Below, piece after piece: positions 1 through 11,900 of a stretch of 64,000 bases of DNA. Source of the DNA: Nitrospirota bacterium (GTDB lineage: Bacteria; Nitrospirota; UBA9217). The stretch spans positions 32,001 through 96,000 of the forward strand of contig CAVWHO010000014.1 of NCBI GenBank assembly GCA_963754875.1. Reading direction: 5' to 3'. Position 1 is the stretch's first letter. Each line of letters opens with the position of its first letter. The position numbers and the translations under genes are program-made. The notes beneath the pieces were generated by a model, which was not told the DNA's origin, made no database searches, and saw only the letters and a program-made list of their open reading frames with translations.

Positions 1-1652
1 ATCACCAGGATCTGGTCGGCCGAACGGATGGTCGAAAGTCGGTGGGCGATGACAAACGTCGTGCGCCCGCGCATGAGAAAGCCCAGTCCGTGCTGGATCA
101 GCGCTTCCGATTCCGAATCGAGGCTGGAGGTGGCTTCATCCAGAATGAGGATCTGCGGATCGGCCAGGATGGCGCGCGCGATGGAGACACGCTGGCGTTG
201 CCCTCCGGAGAGTTTGACGCCGCGCTCGCCGACGATGGTGTCGTAACCCTGTTCCAAACGTTCGGCGAACTCATCCACGCGGGCGATGCGGCAGGCTTCG
301 AGGATCTCTTCCGGGCTGGCCTCCGGGCGCGGAAAGGCCACATTTTCCCGAATGCTTCCGTCAAACAGAAACGACTCCTGCAGCACCAGCCCGAGATGGC
401 GGCGATAGGAGTCGAGCCGGACCGAGGCGAGATCGACGCCATCCACCCGGATCTGTCCGCTGCCGGGGGTATAGAAGGCGGAGATCAGGCCGATGATGGT
501 CGATTTGCCGGATCCAGAGGAGCCCACCAGGGCGGTCACCGTGCCCGGTTCGGCGTCGAAGCAGACGTCGTGCAGCACTTCCTTGCCGGTTTCGTAGGCG
601 AACGAAACGTGGTCGAAGACGATTTCGCCGCGCACCGGGCCGAGGGCATGCGAACGGCGGGGATCGGCGTCTTCCGGCCGTTCCTGCAGCACCTCGTTGG
701 TGCGCTCCAGCCCGGCCACGGCCTCGGTCAACTGGGTGCCGATGTTGACGATGGCGGTCATGGGGGCCACCAGGTAGGCGAGGAAGAGGTTGTAGGTGAC
801 AAAGTCGCCCAGCGTCATCTGGCCGCTGAGAATGCGGTGCGTGCCCATCGCCATGACCAGCGCTGCCACCACGCCCAGCAGCACGGTGGAGGACAGGCTC
901 ATCAGCGAGGTCGCGGTGAGCGAGCTGAACACGTTTTCCAGCAGCCGCTGCACGCCGGCGGCGAAGACCTGATGCTCGCGCGCTTCGGCCTGGTAGCCCT
1001 TGACCACGCGGATGCCGCCCAGGGACTCGGTCAGCCGGCCGGTGACCTCGGCGTTGATCCGGCGGCGTTCGCGGAATACCGGACGGATGGTGGCGAAGGC
1101 CTTGCGGATGACCCCGGTGAAGGCCAGGATGCAGCCCAGCGCCAGCACCGTCATCACGACGCTGATGCGCATCAGCACGACCAGCGACAGCAGCGCGGTC
1201 AGCAGTCCGCCTACGAACTGGATCAATCCCGTGCCCACCAGGTTGCGCACACCCTCCACGTCGCTCATGATGCGTGCGGTCAGGGCTCCGGTGCGATTGG
1301 CGTCGTAGTACGACAACGGCAGGCGGCTGATGTGGGCCTGCACCTGCAGGCGCAACTGGGCGATCAGGCGCTGCGCTTCCTTGGAGAGAACCTGCGTCAG
1401 CGTGTAGGAGCTCACCGCCTGTACCGTGGTGGCGGCCAGGACGGCGAGCAGCAGCGGCGTCAACAGCGCGAGCTGATGATGGCCGATGACGTCGTCAATC
1501 AGGTACTTGGTGGACGCTGGCAGCACCAGCCCTGCGCTTCGATTGAGCAGCATCAGCAGAAAACCCCCGGAGAGCAGCAGGCGGCGGGGTTTCAGCAGCG
1601 CCCAGACCAGGGGCAGGCTGCGGTACAGCGGCGGTCGTGAACTCTCGGCCAT
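1..1652 (-). CDS. ABC exporter, fused permease/ATP-binding (MsbA/MdlB-like), runs off the window start
   Basis: Manual minus-strand translation from ATG 1652 gives MAESSRPPLYRSLPLVWALLKPRR...LVLPASTKYLIDDVIG, and near the window start LSGGQRQR, LILDEATSSLD and TTFVIAHRLSTIRSADQILV. The + strand 532-aa ORF is its shadow. Confidence 0.92.
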   Translation of the reverse strand, partial: MAESSRPPLYRSLPLVWALLKPRRLLLSGGFLLMLLNRSAGLVLPASTKYLIDDVIGHHQLALLTPLLLAVLAATTVQAVSSYTLTQVLSKEAQRLIAQLRLQVQAHISRLPLSYYDANRTGALTARIMSDVEGVRNLVGTGLIQFVGGLLTALLSLVVLMRISVVMTVLALGCILAFTGVIRKAFATIRPVFRERRRINAEVTGRLTESLGGIRVVKGYQAEAREHQVFAAGVQRLLENVFSSLTATSLMSLSSTVLLGVVAALVMAMGTHRILSGQMTLGDFVTYNLFLAYLVAPMTAIVNIGTQLTEAVAGLERTNEVLQERPEDADPRRSHALGPVRGEIVFDHVSFAYETGKEVLHDVCFDAEPGTVTALVGSSGSGKSTIIGLISAFYTPGSGQIRVDGVDLASVRLDSYRRHLGLVLQESFLFDGSIRENVAFPRPEASPEEILEACRIARVDEFAERLEQGYDTIVGERGVKLSGGQRQRVSIARAILADPQILILDEATSSLDSESEALIQHGLGFLMRGRTTFVIAHRLSTIRSADQILV

Positions 1653-1774
1653 GAGTTCAGTGTAACGGGTTGGGCCGCCGCCGTGAGTGGGCCGTACGGA
1701 GCGGGGCAGGGAACGCCGCTCCCCGGCGATGATCGAAGCCGAAGGCCAAGGCCCGCCTCTGGTAAACTTTGTCC

Positions 1775-2554
1775 ATGAGCGACGAACTTGTCATTGCCGG
1801 GAAACGCTTTGCGTCACGCCTGATCGTCGGTACGGGCAAGTACCGCAGCATGGAAGAGACGGCGCGTTGCCTGGAGCTATCCGGGGCGGATATGGTGACG
1901 GTGGCGGTCCGCCGGGTGAACATCACCGATCGCACCCAGGAAAACCTGCTGGATTATCTGGATCTGTCGCGGACGGCGATTCTGCCCAACACGGCTGGCT
2001 GCTACACCGCCGAGGAGGCCATCCGGACCGCCCGCCTGGCGCGGGAGGCGCTGGATAACCCGTGGGTCAAGCTGGAGGTGATCGGGGACCAGGCCACGCT
2101 GTTTCCGGACACCTTCGCTCTGCTGGAGGCGACGCGTGTTCTGGCCAAAGAGGGGTTCATCGTGCTGCCCTACACCAACGACGACATCATCACCGCCCGC
2201 CGGCTGGTGGATGCCGGCGCGGCCGCGGTGATGCCGCTGGCGGCTCCCATTGGCTCGGGGCTGGGCATCCAGAACATTCCGGCCATGAAGATTCTGCGTG
2301 AAATGATTCAAACCGTGCCGCTGATCATTGATGCCGGGGTGGGCTGTGCCTCCGACGCCGTGGTAGCCATGGAACTGGGCGCCGACGCAATCCTGATGAA
2401 TACGGCCATTGCCGCCGCCCGTGATCCCGAACAGATGGCGGTCGCCATGAAACTGGCGGTTCAGTCGGGCCGCCTGTCCTGGCTGGCCGGCCGCATGCCC
2501 CGGCGCCTGTACGCCAACGCCTCGTCGCCCCTGGAGGGCGTCATCTCCCGCTAG
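1775..2554 (+). CDS. thiG: thiazole synthase
   Basis: [55 protein letters not shown] motifs. Confidence 0.97.
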   Translation: MSDELVIAGKRFASRLIVGTGKYRSMEETARCLELSGADMVTVAVRRVNITDRTQENLLDYLDLSRTAILPNTAGCYTAEEAIRTARLAREALDNPWVKLEVIGDQATLFPDTFALLEATRVLAKEGFIVLPYTNDDIITARRLVDAGAAAVMPLAAPIGSGLGIQNIPAMKILREMIQTVPLIIDAGVGCASDAVVAMELGADAILMNTAIAAARDPEQMAVAMKLAVQSGRLSWLAGRMPRRLYANASSPLEGVISR

Positions 2555-2668
2555 AGCGCGACCGCCGGATCTTTGCCGGAGCACTGGTGACGGCGCAACG
2601 GTGGAGAGTGAAGCGTGGAGCGAAAAAGCTTCCGGCATCTCGTCTCTTTCGCCATGCGACTGCAGGAT

Positions 2669-2735
2669 AGGCAGTCCTGCCTGTTCTTTTGGCTGCTGCC
2701 TTCCACCCATGCCAAAAGAACAGGCAAGACTGCCT
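2669..2735. repeat. 25-bp imperfect inverted repeat (REP-like)
   Basis: AGGCAGTCCTGCCTGTTCTTTTGGC ... GCCAAAAGAACAGGCAAGACTGCCT (1 mismatch), between convergent thiG and ftsB-like genes. Confidence 0.75.
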
Positions 2736-2972
2736 GCGCTACGATGTCCTTCCCGGCGTTCTGCCCGCGCCGGAGCAGGTGTGTCACAGACTAGCCAACG
2801 CTGCCATTTTCAATCGGTCGCGGTACCAGGGAGCGACCGCCGGATGGTTGCCGGGGTCGCTTCACCTGGGGCTACCAACCGTCGCCGCTCCGCGGCGAAA
2901 GACTGTGTTCAGATGGCGACAGGTTCAACCGGATCGGACTATGCACCAGCGCGGTTCCGGTCCGGGCTGACG

Positions 2973-3341
2973 TTATGGCGTTGGCTGGGCCTGGCTGTTC
3001 CGGATGTCGTCCACGCCGCGATGCTGGCCGCCGTAGGTGAAGACCACCTCTCCCGGTTTGGTCAGATGCAACTGTTCCCGGGCAATCCGTTCAATCGCAG
3101 TGGGGTCGGACTTCAACTGCTGAATGCTGTGGTGCAGGTCCCGGTTCTGGGCCTGCAGGTGCTGCAGGCTTTTGACCGCGTTGTCGTATTCCCGCTGCTT
3201 CTGCAGCAGAGCGAGATAGCCGTTCGGTCCAAAGACTTCGAATCGTCCCAGCAGGACGGTGAGCCCCAGCAGCAGGAACAGCGATAGCTTTTGCCCAATG
3301 AGACGGTGCCAGAAGCCGTCTTTTGAAGGTATCCCATTCAC
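2973..3341 (-). CDS. ftsB: septum formation initiator (FtsB/DivIC family)
   Basis: One TM helix, coiled coil, then LKSDPTAIERIAREQLHLTKPGEVVF. Confidence 0.85.
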   Translation of the reverse strand: MNGIPSKDGFWHRLIGQKLSLFLLLGLTVLLGRFEVFGPNGYLALLQKQREYDNAVKSLQHLQAQNRDLHHSIQQLKSDPTAIERIAREQLHLTKPGEVVFTYGGQHRGVDDIRNSQAQPTP

Positions 3342-3347
3342 GGTTGT

Positions 3348-3563
3348 CTACATCTCCTCAAGGAAGCGGACGGGCATTGCGAAGAACGTGTGTGCCGAAG
3401 CGGGAGGAGGGGGGCGCTTTCGGCGCATCGCGGCTTGGTCTTCAGGTTCAGGCAGCGCTGCCATCGGTTTGGGATTTCCCGGCGCGCTCGTGATTCCGGA
3501 CTGCCGTCGATTCAGCGGAGATCTCTGTTGAATCTCCTTCTTCCACTCTGCGGAGAAGTCCAT
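3348..3563 (-). CDS. hypothetical protein (71 aa)
   Basis: ATG ORF ending 6 nt before the ftsB-like start; no recognisable motif. Confidence 0.3.
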   Translation of the reverse strand: MDFSAEWKKEIQQRSPLNRRQSGITSAPGNPKPMAALPEPEDQAAMRRKRPPPPASAHTFFAMPVRFLEEM

Positions 3564-3726
3564 TCCCTGTCAAGATGAACAAGGCAAATGAACCACGAAA
3601 GACAGGTTTGCCTTTTGCGTGGAGGGAACTGGCGGGCCAGCCAGGACCAGGGACCGTTTCCGGCGCGCCGGGCGGACATCAGCCTGGGAAAACGGGAGCG
3701 CGGCGGATTGAGGAGATCCATGCGAC

Positions 3727-4059
3727 ATGGCGGAGAATGACGAGCGGAAAATTCTGGTCTACCTGACCTGTTCGAACCTGGTCGAGGCGGAAATGATCGT
3801 CAAGGAGTTGCTGCAGCGGCGTCTGATCGCCTGCGGCACGGTCGGTACCCACGCCCATTCCTACTTCCGATGGGAGGGACGGAACGCGGAGTCAACGGAA
3901 TATCAGGTGGTCCTCAAGTCGTCGATGCGATGCTTCACTGAACTGGAGCAGGAGGTGCGCCGGATGCATTCGTATGAGGTGCCCGAAATTCTGGCGGTGC
4001 CGGTGCTCGCCGGAAGCGAGCCGTATCTGCGCTGGATGGAAGAGAACCTGAAACCATAA
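3727..4059 (+). CDS. cutA: divalent-cation tolerance protein CutA
   Basis: LLQRRLIAC, SYFRWEG, HSYEVPEILAVPV..GSEPYLRW; GAGGAG RBS. Confidence 0.93.
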   Translation: MAENDERKILVYLTCSNLVEAEMIVKELLQRRLIACGTVGTHAHSYFRWEGRNAESTEYQVVLKSSMRCFTELEQEVRRMHSYEVPEILAVPVLAGSEPYLRWMEENLKP

Positions 4060-4091
4060 AGCGGCGCCCCGGTCTGCCGGGACGCCGCTTT
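4058..4091. terminator. bidirectional rho-independent terminator
   Basis: AAAGCGGCG-CCCCGG..CCGGGA-CGCCGCTTT between convergent cutA and gcvPB. Confidence 0.75.
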
Positions 4092-4115
4092 ATGCGTTTG
4101 TACTGCGAATCGAGA

Positions 4116-5614
4116 TCAGCGGTTCGGACGCTTCCAGCGCAGGATGGGTTTGCGCGCGGCGGTGGCCTCGTCGAGGCGCGAAATGCGGGTGGTGTGGGGC
4201 GCGCTCAGCACCAGTTCCGGCTGCGTCGCAGCCTCCTCCGCCACGGCTTTCATGGCATCGATGAACTCGTCGAGGTCTTCCTTGCTGGCGCTTTCGGTGG
4301 GCTCGATCATCAGCGCGCCGGGAACCACCAGCGGGAAGGAAACCGTGTAGGGATGGAAGCCGTAGTCGATCAGACGCTTGGCGATGTCGCCGGTGTGCAC
4401 GCCCTTTGCCGTCTGCTTTTTGTCGCTGAAGACGACCTCGTGCATGGAGGGCGTATCGTAGGGCAGCTCGAAGACGCCTTCGAGCTGCTTGCGGATGTAG
4501 TTGGCGTTGAGCACGGCGTCCTCGGTGGTCTGGCGCAGGCCATCGGATCCGTTGGCCTGAATGTAGGCCAGCGCGCGCGTGAACATGCCGAAGTTGCCGT
4601 AAAAGGCGCGAACGCGGCCGATGGAGTGGGGCCGGTCAAACTCGATGGCAGGGGCGCCATCGGCGCGGGTCACCAGCACCGGCACGGGCAGGAAGGGCTC
4701 CAGTTCGCGCTTGACCGCGACCGGGCCGGAGCCGGGACCGCCGCCTCCGTGCGGAGTGGAGAAGGTCTTGTGCAGGTTGAGATGCATCACATCCACGCCA
4801 AAGTCGCCGGGACGGGCGCGGCCCACCAGCGCGTTCATGTTGGCGCCATCCATGTAGAGCAGCCCGCCGCGTTCATGCACCAGGTCGGCGATGCGCGTGA
4901 ATGTCTTCCTCGAAGATGCCGAGCGTGTTGGGGTTGGTCAGCATCAGCGCGGCTACATCGCCGTTCATCTGCCGGTCGAGGGCGGACAGATCGACCGTGC
5001 CCTGGGCATTCGAGGAGAGTTTTTCGACCTGGTAGCCGGCGATGGCGGCGGTGGCGGGGTTGGTGCCATGCGCGGAATCGGGGATGAGCACCTTTTTGCG
5101 CGCGATCGCCGCGGGCTTCGAGGCAGGCGCGCACCATCAGGATGCCGGTCAGCTCGCCCTGGGCTCCGGCGGCGGGCTGCAGCGTGATGGCATCCATGCC
5201 GGTAATCTCCAGCAGCGCCTGGCTGAGCTCCTGCATGACGCGCAGGGCTCCGCCGGAGAGCGACTCGGGCTGCAGCGGGTGCCCGTCTCCCAGCCCTTCC
5301 AGCCGCGTGACGAACTCATTGATGCGCGCGTTGTACTTCATCGTGCAGGAACCCAGGGGATAGAGTCCGCTGTCGACGCCGTAGTTCCAGGTGCTCAGGC
5401 GCGTATAGTGGCGGATGACTTCCAGTTCACTGACTTCGGGGAAGTCCGGAATGTCTTCCCGAACCCGGGGCAGAACGGTGCTGGCGTCCACGGCGGGTAC
5501 GTCCAGCGGCGGCAACTGGTAGCCGTGCTTTCCCGGAGAGGAGATCTCGAAGATCAGGTTCTCGTTCTGAACCAGATGACGGGAGGCGCGGCGGTTGGCT
5601 TCAGAGGCTGACAT
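4116..5614 (-). CDS. gcvPB: glycine dehydrogenase (decarboxylating) subunit 2; two apparent frameshifts (~5100, ~4885)
   Basis: [56 protein letters not shown] spread over three ORFs. Confidence 0.95.
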
Positions 5615-5672
5615 GGCGTTTCCCTACTCAGGGCAAGGGGTGGAGCCGGCTCCACCCGAAAACAAAAATGGG

Positions 5673-7025
5673 TTAGCGCGCCGCCGCGGTGGATTGCGCG
5701 GCTCCGGCGCAGACCGCGGCGAAACGCTCGATGCGTTCGCGCGGAACCGTTTCGGTGACGCAGACCAGCAGGGCCTCGCCCAGTTCCGGATAGTCGCGTT
5801 GCAGCGGCAGTCCGCCGATGATCCTGACTTCGCTCAGGCGCTGCTGCAGTTCCTCGGCGGGAACCTGCGGGCGAATGACGAATTCATGGAAGCGGGCGCC
5901 GGGGAAGAGCACCTCGATGCCGGCATTGGCAAAGGCGCGGGCCGCGAAATGGGCTTTGGCCAGGTTGTGCGCAGCCAACTCGCGCAGGCCGGCGCGTCCC
6001 ATCGTGCTCATGAAAATACTGGCCATGAGCGCGCACAGGGCCTGGTTGGTGCAGATGTTTGACGTCGCCTTCTCGCGGCGGATGTGCTGCTCGCGGGTGG
6101 AAAGGGTGAGGACGAAGCCGCGCCGCCCCTGCCCGTCGCGGGCTTCACCCACCAGGCGGCCGGGCAGGCTGCGCACGTACTTTTCGCGCGTGGCCAGCAC
6201 TCCGGCGTAAGGTCCGCCGAAGCCCACCGGGATGCCAAAGCCCTGCAGTTCCATGGCCACGATATCGGCCGCGGCCGGAGGCGGCAGCAGTCCCAGCGTG
6301 ACCGGATCGGTGATCACCGCCACCAGCAGCGCGCCTCGCGCGTGGGCCATCTCCGCCGCCGCTTCCCAGTCCTCCACCGTTCCGAAAAAGTTGGGGCTCT
6401 GTACCACGACCGCGGCCGTGTTGTCGTCAATGGACGCTGCCAGCGCATCCGCATCGAAGCTTCCGTCCGGCCGGTAGCCAAACTCTGCGACGGTCAGTTC
6501 CCGGTAGCGGATATAAGTATCGAGAACTTCGCGATACTGCGGATGGACGGTGCGCGCGATGACGGAGTGGGTGCGGCCGGTGATGCGCGCCGCCATCATC
6601 ACCGCCTCGGCCATCGCGGTGGAGCCGTCATAGACCGAGGCGTTGGCCAGCTCCTGTCCGGTAAGCTGGCAGATCATGGTCTGGAACTCGAAGATCGACT
6701 GCAGGGTTCCCTGGCCGATCTCCGGCTGATAGGGCGTGTAGGCGCTGAACCATTCGCCACGCGAAATCAGCATGTCGATGTGGACCGGGCGCTCGTGATG
6801 ATAGGCGCCGGCGCCCAGAAACGAGGTGAATCCCGGCGCGTTGTCACCAGCCGCCGCGCGAAAAAAATCCAGAATCTCGCGTTCCGATTTCCCGGTGGGA
6901 AGGTTCAGCGGCCGGTTGAGGCGGCAGTACTCGGGGATGTGCGAAAACAGCTCATCCACCGACGCGATGCCAAGCGTCTCCAGCATCTGCCGGCGCAACT
7001 CCTCGGAGGTAGGCAGGTAACGCAT
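5673..7025 (-). CDS. gcvPA: glycine dehydrogenase subunit 1
   Basis: FLGAGAY, YTPYQPEIGQG, NASVYDG, TREQHIRREKATSNICTNQAL. Confidence 0.97.
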   Translation of the reverse strand: MRYLPTSEELRRQMLETLGIASVDELFSHIPEYCRLNRPLNLPTGKSEREILDFFRAAAGDNAPGFTSFLGAGAYHHERPVHIDMLISRGEWFSAYTPYQPEIGQGTLQSIFEFQTMICQLTGQELANASVYDGSTAMAEAVMMAARITGRTHSVIARTVHPQYREVLDTYIRYRELTVAEFGYRPDGSFDADALAASIDDNTAAVVVQSPNFFGTVEDWEAAAEMAHARGALLVAVITDPVTLGLLPPPAAADIVAMELQGFGIPVGFGGPYAGVLATREKYVRSLPGRLVGEARDGQGRRGFVLTLSTREQHIRREKATSNICTNQALCALMASIFMSTMGRAGLRELAAHNLAKAHFAARAFANAGIEVLFPGARFHEFVIRPQVPAEELQQRLSEVRIIGGLPLQRDYPELGEALLVCVTETVPRERIERFAAVCAGAAQSTAAAR

Positions 7026-7032
7026 GGGTCGG

Positions 7033-7422
7033 TTATTCCTTGTCCTCGCCGATGAAGGCGTCGTATTCCGCCGCAGTCATCAGACTCTGAATCTGGTCCG
7101 GATCGCTGAGTTGCACCTTGAGCAGCCAGGCGCCGGTGTACGGTTCGGTGTTGAGCAGTTCGGGGCTGGCGGAGAGGGTTTCGTTAAGTTCCAGCACCGT
7201 TCCGCTGACCGGAGCAAAGATCTCCGAGACGGCCTTGACCGATTCGACCGTTCCAAACGATTCACCGGCGGTGATGGTGGAGCCCACAGGGGGCATCTCG
7301 ACATAGACGATGTCGCCCAGGGAGTGCTGGGCGTAATCGGTGATACCGATCTCGGCCTGCTCGCCCAGGGGACGAACCCATTCGTGCTCTTTGGTGTAGC
7401 GGTAATCAGAAGGAGTAGCCAT
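7033..7422 (-). CDS. gcvH: glycine cleavage system H protein
   Basis: YTKEHEWV, GITDYAQ..LGDIVYVE, VESVKAVSE (lipoyl Lys); start taken at MATPSDY. Confidence 0.97.
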   Translation of the reverse strand: MATPSDYRYTKEHEWVRPLGEQAEIGITDYAQHSLGDIVYVEMPPVGSTITAGESFGTVESVKAVSEIFAPVSGTVLELNETLSASPELLNTEPYTGAWLLKVQLSDPDQIQSLMTAAEYDAFIGEDKE

Positions 7423-7503
7423 GCGGATTCCTTGTCTGCACACTGCCGCGCACCGGGTGCGGACCCGGACGGCAATCCTAGCTTTGTTCAATCGAATCGC
7501 TCT

Positions 7504-8616
7504 CTAGCGGGAGCGCTTGTAAAACGGCGTTGGCACCACGCGGGCGCGGACGCCGCGGGTGCGAATCCGGATCTCCAGTTCCGTGCCGGCCTCCGCCAGG
7601 GCAACGGGAACGTAGGCCATCCCGATGTTCTTTCCCAGGCTGGGGGCGGGTGACCCGCTGGTGACGTGCCCGATCTGTCTCCCCTGGTCAACCACGGCAT
7701 AGCCATCCCGGGCGATGCCCGGTTCCAGCATCTCAAAGCCCACCAGCCGGCGTTCGAGGCCCTGCTGCCGCTGCCCTTCCAGTGCTGCCTTGCCGAGGAA
7801 GTCTGGTTTGGCGAACTTCACGATCCAGCCCAGGTTGGCTTCCAGCGCGGTGGTAGTGCCATCAATCTCGTGACCGTACAGCGCCATGCCCGCCTCCAGG
7901 CGCAGCGTGTTGCGCGCGCCCAGTCCGCAGGGCACAATGCCTTCCGGCTGACCCGCCTCCAACATCGCTTCCCACATCCGTTCCGCGTGCTCCGGAGCGA
8001 AATAGATCTCGAAGCCGTCTTCGCCGGTGTAGCCGGTGCGGGCGATGATGCTCTCCACGCCCGCTACGGTGCCCGTGGTGAACCAGTAGTAACGAATGGG
8101 GGCGAGGGGAGTCCCGGTCAGCTTCTGCAGTACTTCCAGCGCGCGTGGCCCCTGGAGGGCAAGCTGAGCGAAGCGCTCGCCCACATCTTCCACCGTGGCT
8201 TCGAAACGGTTGTGCTGGCAGATGTACTGGTAGTCCTGCTCACGGTTGCCGGCGTTGACCACCAGCCAGTAGTGGTCATCCGAAAATTTGTGGACCAGCA
8301 GGTCATCCACAAACGTGCCGCGGTCGGTCATCAGGCCGGAGTAGTGTGCCTGGCCCACGGCCAGCCGCGAGGCATCATTGGAGGTCACCGACTGTACCAG
8401 AGCCAGCGCCTGCGGTCCGCGCACGTCGATTTCGCCCATGTGACTGACGTCAAACAGGCCGGCGGCGGTGCGGACGGCGCGATGTTCCGGGATGATGCCG
8501 GTGTACTCGACGGGCATGTCCCATCCGCCGAAAGGCACCATTTTGGCCTTCATGCGGCGGTGGACAGCGTTGAGAGCGGTGCGCCGAAGCTCGGCAGCGG
8601 TGGCGGCGTCGGTCAA
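7504..8616 (-). CDS. gcvT: aminomethyltransferase (T protein)
   Basis: [47 protein letters not shown] start with GGAGG RBS. Confidence 0.97.
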   Translation of the reverse strand: MTDAATAAELRRTALNAVHRRMKAKMVPFGGWDMPVEYTGIIPEHRAVRTAAGLFDVSHMGEIDVRGPQALALVQSVTSNDASRLAVGQAHYSGLMTDRGTFVDDLLVHKFSDDHYWLVVNAGNREQDYQYICQHNRFEATVEDVGERFAQLALQGPRALEVLQKLTGTPLAPIRYYWFTTGTVAGVESIIARTGYTGEDGFEIYFAPEHAERMWEAMLEAGQPEGIVPCGLGARNTLRLEAGMALYGHEIDGTTTALEANLGWIVKFAKPDFLGKAALEGQRQQGLERRLVGFEMLEPGIARDGYAVVDQGRQIGHVTSGSPAPSLGKNIGMAYVPVALAEAGTELEIRIRTRGVRARVVPTPFYKRSR

Positions 8617-8929
8617 ATGTCCCTCCGAAGCAACTTGTAAGTTAACACGCGGCAGGGAAGGGGCTCAAGCGACGAGTCTGTGACTCACCCGCGGCGGCGC
8701 CGGGCACACACATTCCACTGTTTGCGGGGCTGACCCGTGCCGCCCTTCCCCTTCAGTGTACTCCTCCTGAAAGCCCCGTTTGTCCAGTTCGCGTCCTGGA
8801 AATGGTATGGACAATCCGGTCGAAGTATCCCGGCTTCATGGCCGGCGATGCGTTCCCACTCCGCGTGGGGTATTCTGCATGCGGGAGAATTTTCCATTTG
8901 GCTCGTGGGCTCGTGTTTTCCTGCAGCGG

Positions 8930-11900
8930 GCTGGTGATGACGACTGCTTCAGCCGTGGATTCTACGGCTGAGGCAAGGCGAACCTGCTGTTCTTCTAGTG
9001 CTGCCAACCGGTAGAGAGCCTCCCCGATGATGAGTGCCATCCCCTCCAGGGACTCGACGGTCTTCAGGGGGAACATCCCCTCCCGTTCGTCGGCGAGATG
9101 GAGGGCGCCGAGCGTCTTGTCCCGGTAGCGGATGGGGACCACGACGATCGAGTTGAACCCCCTTTCGCTGACAGGTGCCCCTAAACCGCTTTTTTTGCGC
9201 ACTGGGAAGATTGTCCAGGAACGTCACGGCATTGTTGTAGAAGAGTGAACCCTGCGCCGTCATCGCACTGGCGTCTTCCGGGGCCAGTATTCCCGACACG
9301 ACCCGCGTGCACGCGCATTGGTCGACGGCAAGGGACAGCGTGCTCTCTGATTCTATGAAGGAGTTGTCGAATCCGGCGCAGGTCACAAAGGGAACGCGCT
9401 CATCCTGGTCCGTTACCCGTATGCCCACATTGCGACAGCCGCACCAGGAGCGAATGATCTCAGCGGCCTCATCCAGATAGTTCTTGCGGGAGTAGGTTCG
9501 CGTGTACAGCTGCAGCAGGCTGTTCGTGGCCGAGGTGCGGCGTTCGGCGTCTTTGAGTGCGGTGATGTCGCGGGCCGCGGCAAAGATGCCGATCATCTTT
9601 CCGGCATCGTCGCGATAGGCGGAGGCGTTGTACAGGACCGGCGTCACCCGGCCGGTGCGGTGGCGCATTTCGAGCGCATAATCCATGACCTTGCCCTCGC
9701 GGAACACCTGCTGATAGACGGCGCGTGCCTTGGCGGGCTCGGTGAAATATTCGGAGAAATCGGTGCCGATGAGCCGCTCCCCGCAGATGGCCGGTCGCCA
9801 TTTCGGCAGCGGCGTTCGCGTCGGTGATCTGTCCGTTGGGGCCGATGGTGACCAACGGGTCGAGGCTGGCCTCGATCAGGCTCCGGTTGTAGGCGAGGGA
9901 TTGCCGCAGTTCGTCCTCTGCGCGTTTGCGTGCGGTGACATTGATGAGGGTGAAGATGAGCCCGCTTACCCGGCCGTCGGCTTCCTTGACCGGCAACACG
10001 TTCCAGTCCCAGTAGGCAACCTCCAGCTCGGGCCGGGAGGTGAACATGAACGGCTTCTCATAGGCCAGGTAGGGCTCGCCCGTTTCCACGATCTTTCGGA
10101 ATAGCGCCTCGTACTCCTCATTGGGATAGAGGTTAAAATGGTTTTTCCCGACGTAAAAATCCGGCGCGCTGTAACCCGCCTCAGCATAGGCCCGGTTCAC
10201 GCGAATGAAGTTGAAATCCTGGTCTATGTATGCGACGAGCATATGGGTCGTGGAGAAAAACCGTTCAAGAAGTTCCGACGTCCTCTGCAGGGCATCGAAG
10301 TTTCTGCGCAAATCGTCCTCCATGCCGAACCGGAAGACCGCCTCGCCGATGATGTATGCCAGCTGCTCGAGGAACACGACGGTATTTTTTTGTAACATGC
10401 CGTCCCGTTCATCGGCAAGATGGATTGCGCCGATGGGTTTTTCACGGAAGCGTATGGGGATGACGGCGAGCGATTTGTAACCGTAACGCATGCAAACGCC
10501 CCGGTACCGCGCCCGTTCTTCATCAGTAAGATCATCGATGAACCTCGTCGTGTTGCCGGAGAAGAACGAACCGTTCGGCGTCATAGCGGCGAGGTCCGGA
10601 GGTTCCGGCGTCCCCGCAATGATCCGCGTACAGATACAATGGTCCTTCACGACGGATAGATTGTTTTCTTCATTCAGGAACGCGCTATCGTATCCTTTGC
10701 AGGACTCGAACGGGATCTGCTTGTCCGGGTTGGCAATCCGGATGCCCACATGGTGAATGCCGCTCCACTCGCGGATAAGCCCGCAAACAGCATCGAGGTA
10801 TTCCTTGCGCGAGTATTTCTGCGTAAAAAGCTTGAGCAGCGCATTGGTGACCTCTGTTCTCTTTTCAGACTCTTTCCGCAGCTTTTCATTAGACAGGGAG
10901 TCGACTGCATAGGAAACATCGTCGGCGAGGGAGGAGAGAAGTTCAATTTCCTCGTTCGTGAAGGTCCGGGGCTTATCACCGTACACGGTGAAGGCGCCGA
11001 TGACCTGGGAGCCGGAGCGGAGGGGGAAGGCCGCCGAGGTGCAAAAACCGCTGCACAGCGCCTTGTCGCGCCAGGGACGCATGAAGGGGTCGTGCTCGAT
11101 GTCGCTGCTGATCTGGTATTTCCCCTCGATAACGGCCCAACCCGTGGGCCCCCCGCCTTCCTGGACATCGGCCGCAACGATATTAATATTTCTCAGGTAT
11201 CCGCCATCGTCCCCGCAGCTTTCGGCGGGGACGATCCGTTTCGATACGGGGTCGGTCAGGCCGATCCAGGCCATTTTAAAGCCTCCGTCTTCGATGGCTA
11301 TGCGGCATACCTCTTGGTACAGTTTTTCGGTGTCATTGGTCCTGACGATCGCCTCGTTGACCTTGCTGAGGACGGAGTACAGCCGGTTCAGGCGGGAGAT
11401 GTCCTCTTCTGCCTTTTTGCGGGCCGTGATATCGTGGAAATAGACGGCGAGGCCGTCCTCGTTCGGGTGGGCGCGCACCTCGACCCAGACGCCGAGCATG
11501 GGCAAGATCGCCTCGAATTGGACGGGGACCCGTTCTTTCATGACTTTGCGGTACTGGGCATCGAAAATGGAGCCAACTGCTTTTGGCATGGTGTCCCACA
11601 GGTCAGTGCCGATCAAATCCCCCTTGTCTTTCCCCCATATCTCGGACGCTTTGGAGTTCACATAGGTGAACCGCCAGTCGTTGCCGATCGTGAAAAAACC
11701 TTCGTTGATAGTTTCGAGTGTCTCCACCAGACGTCGGCGCGATTGATCGAGCTGTTCTTCCGTCCGTTTGCGGTCACGCCGCGCCTCCGCCTCGCGCAGT
11801 TCCCGTTCCACGGCAGGGATGAGCCGCGCAAGGCTGCCCTTGATGATGTAATCGTGGGCGCCTGCCCTCATGGCTTCCACCGCGATGTCCTCGCCGATGT

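Noticed and set aside
42..1640. 532-aa + strand ORF
   Set aside because: Antisense shadow of the ABC exporter; no motifs.
2601..3287. 228-aa + strand ORF
   Set aside because: Runs through palindromic repeats and antisense to the ftsB-like gene; atypical composition.
8617..8930. Glycine riboswitch upstream of gcvT (CUUUCAGG present on the minus strand)
   Set aside because: The required GGAGA and CCGAAG elements and the tandem aptamer layout were not found.
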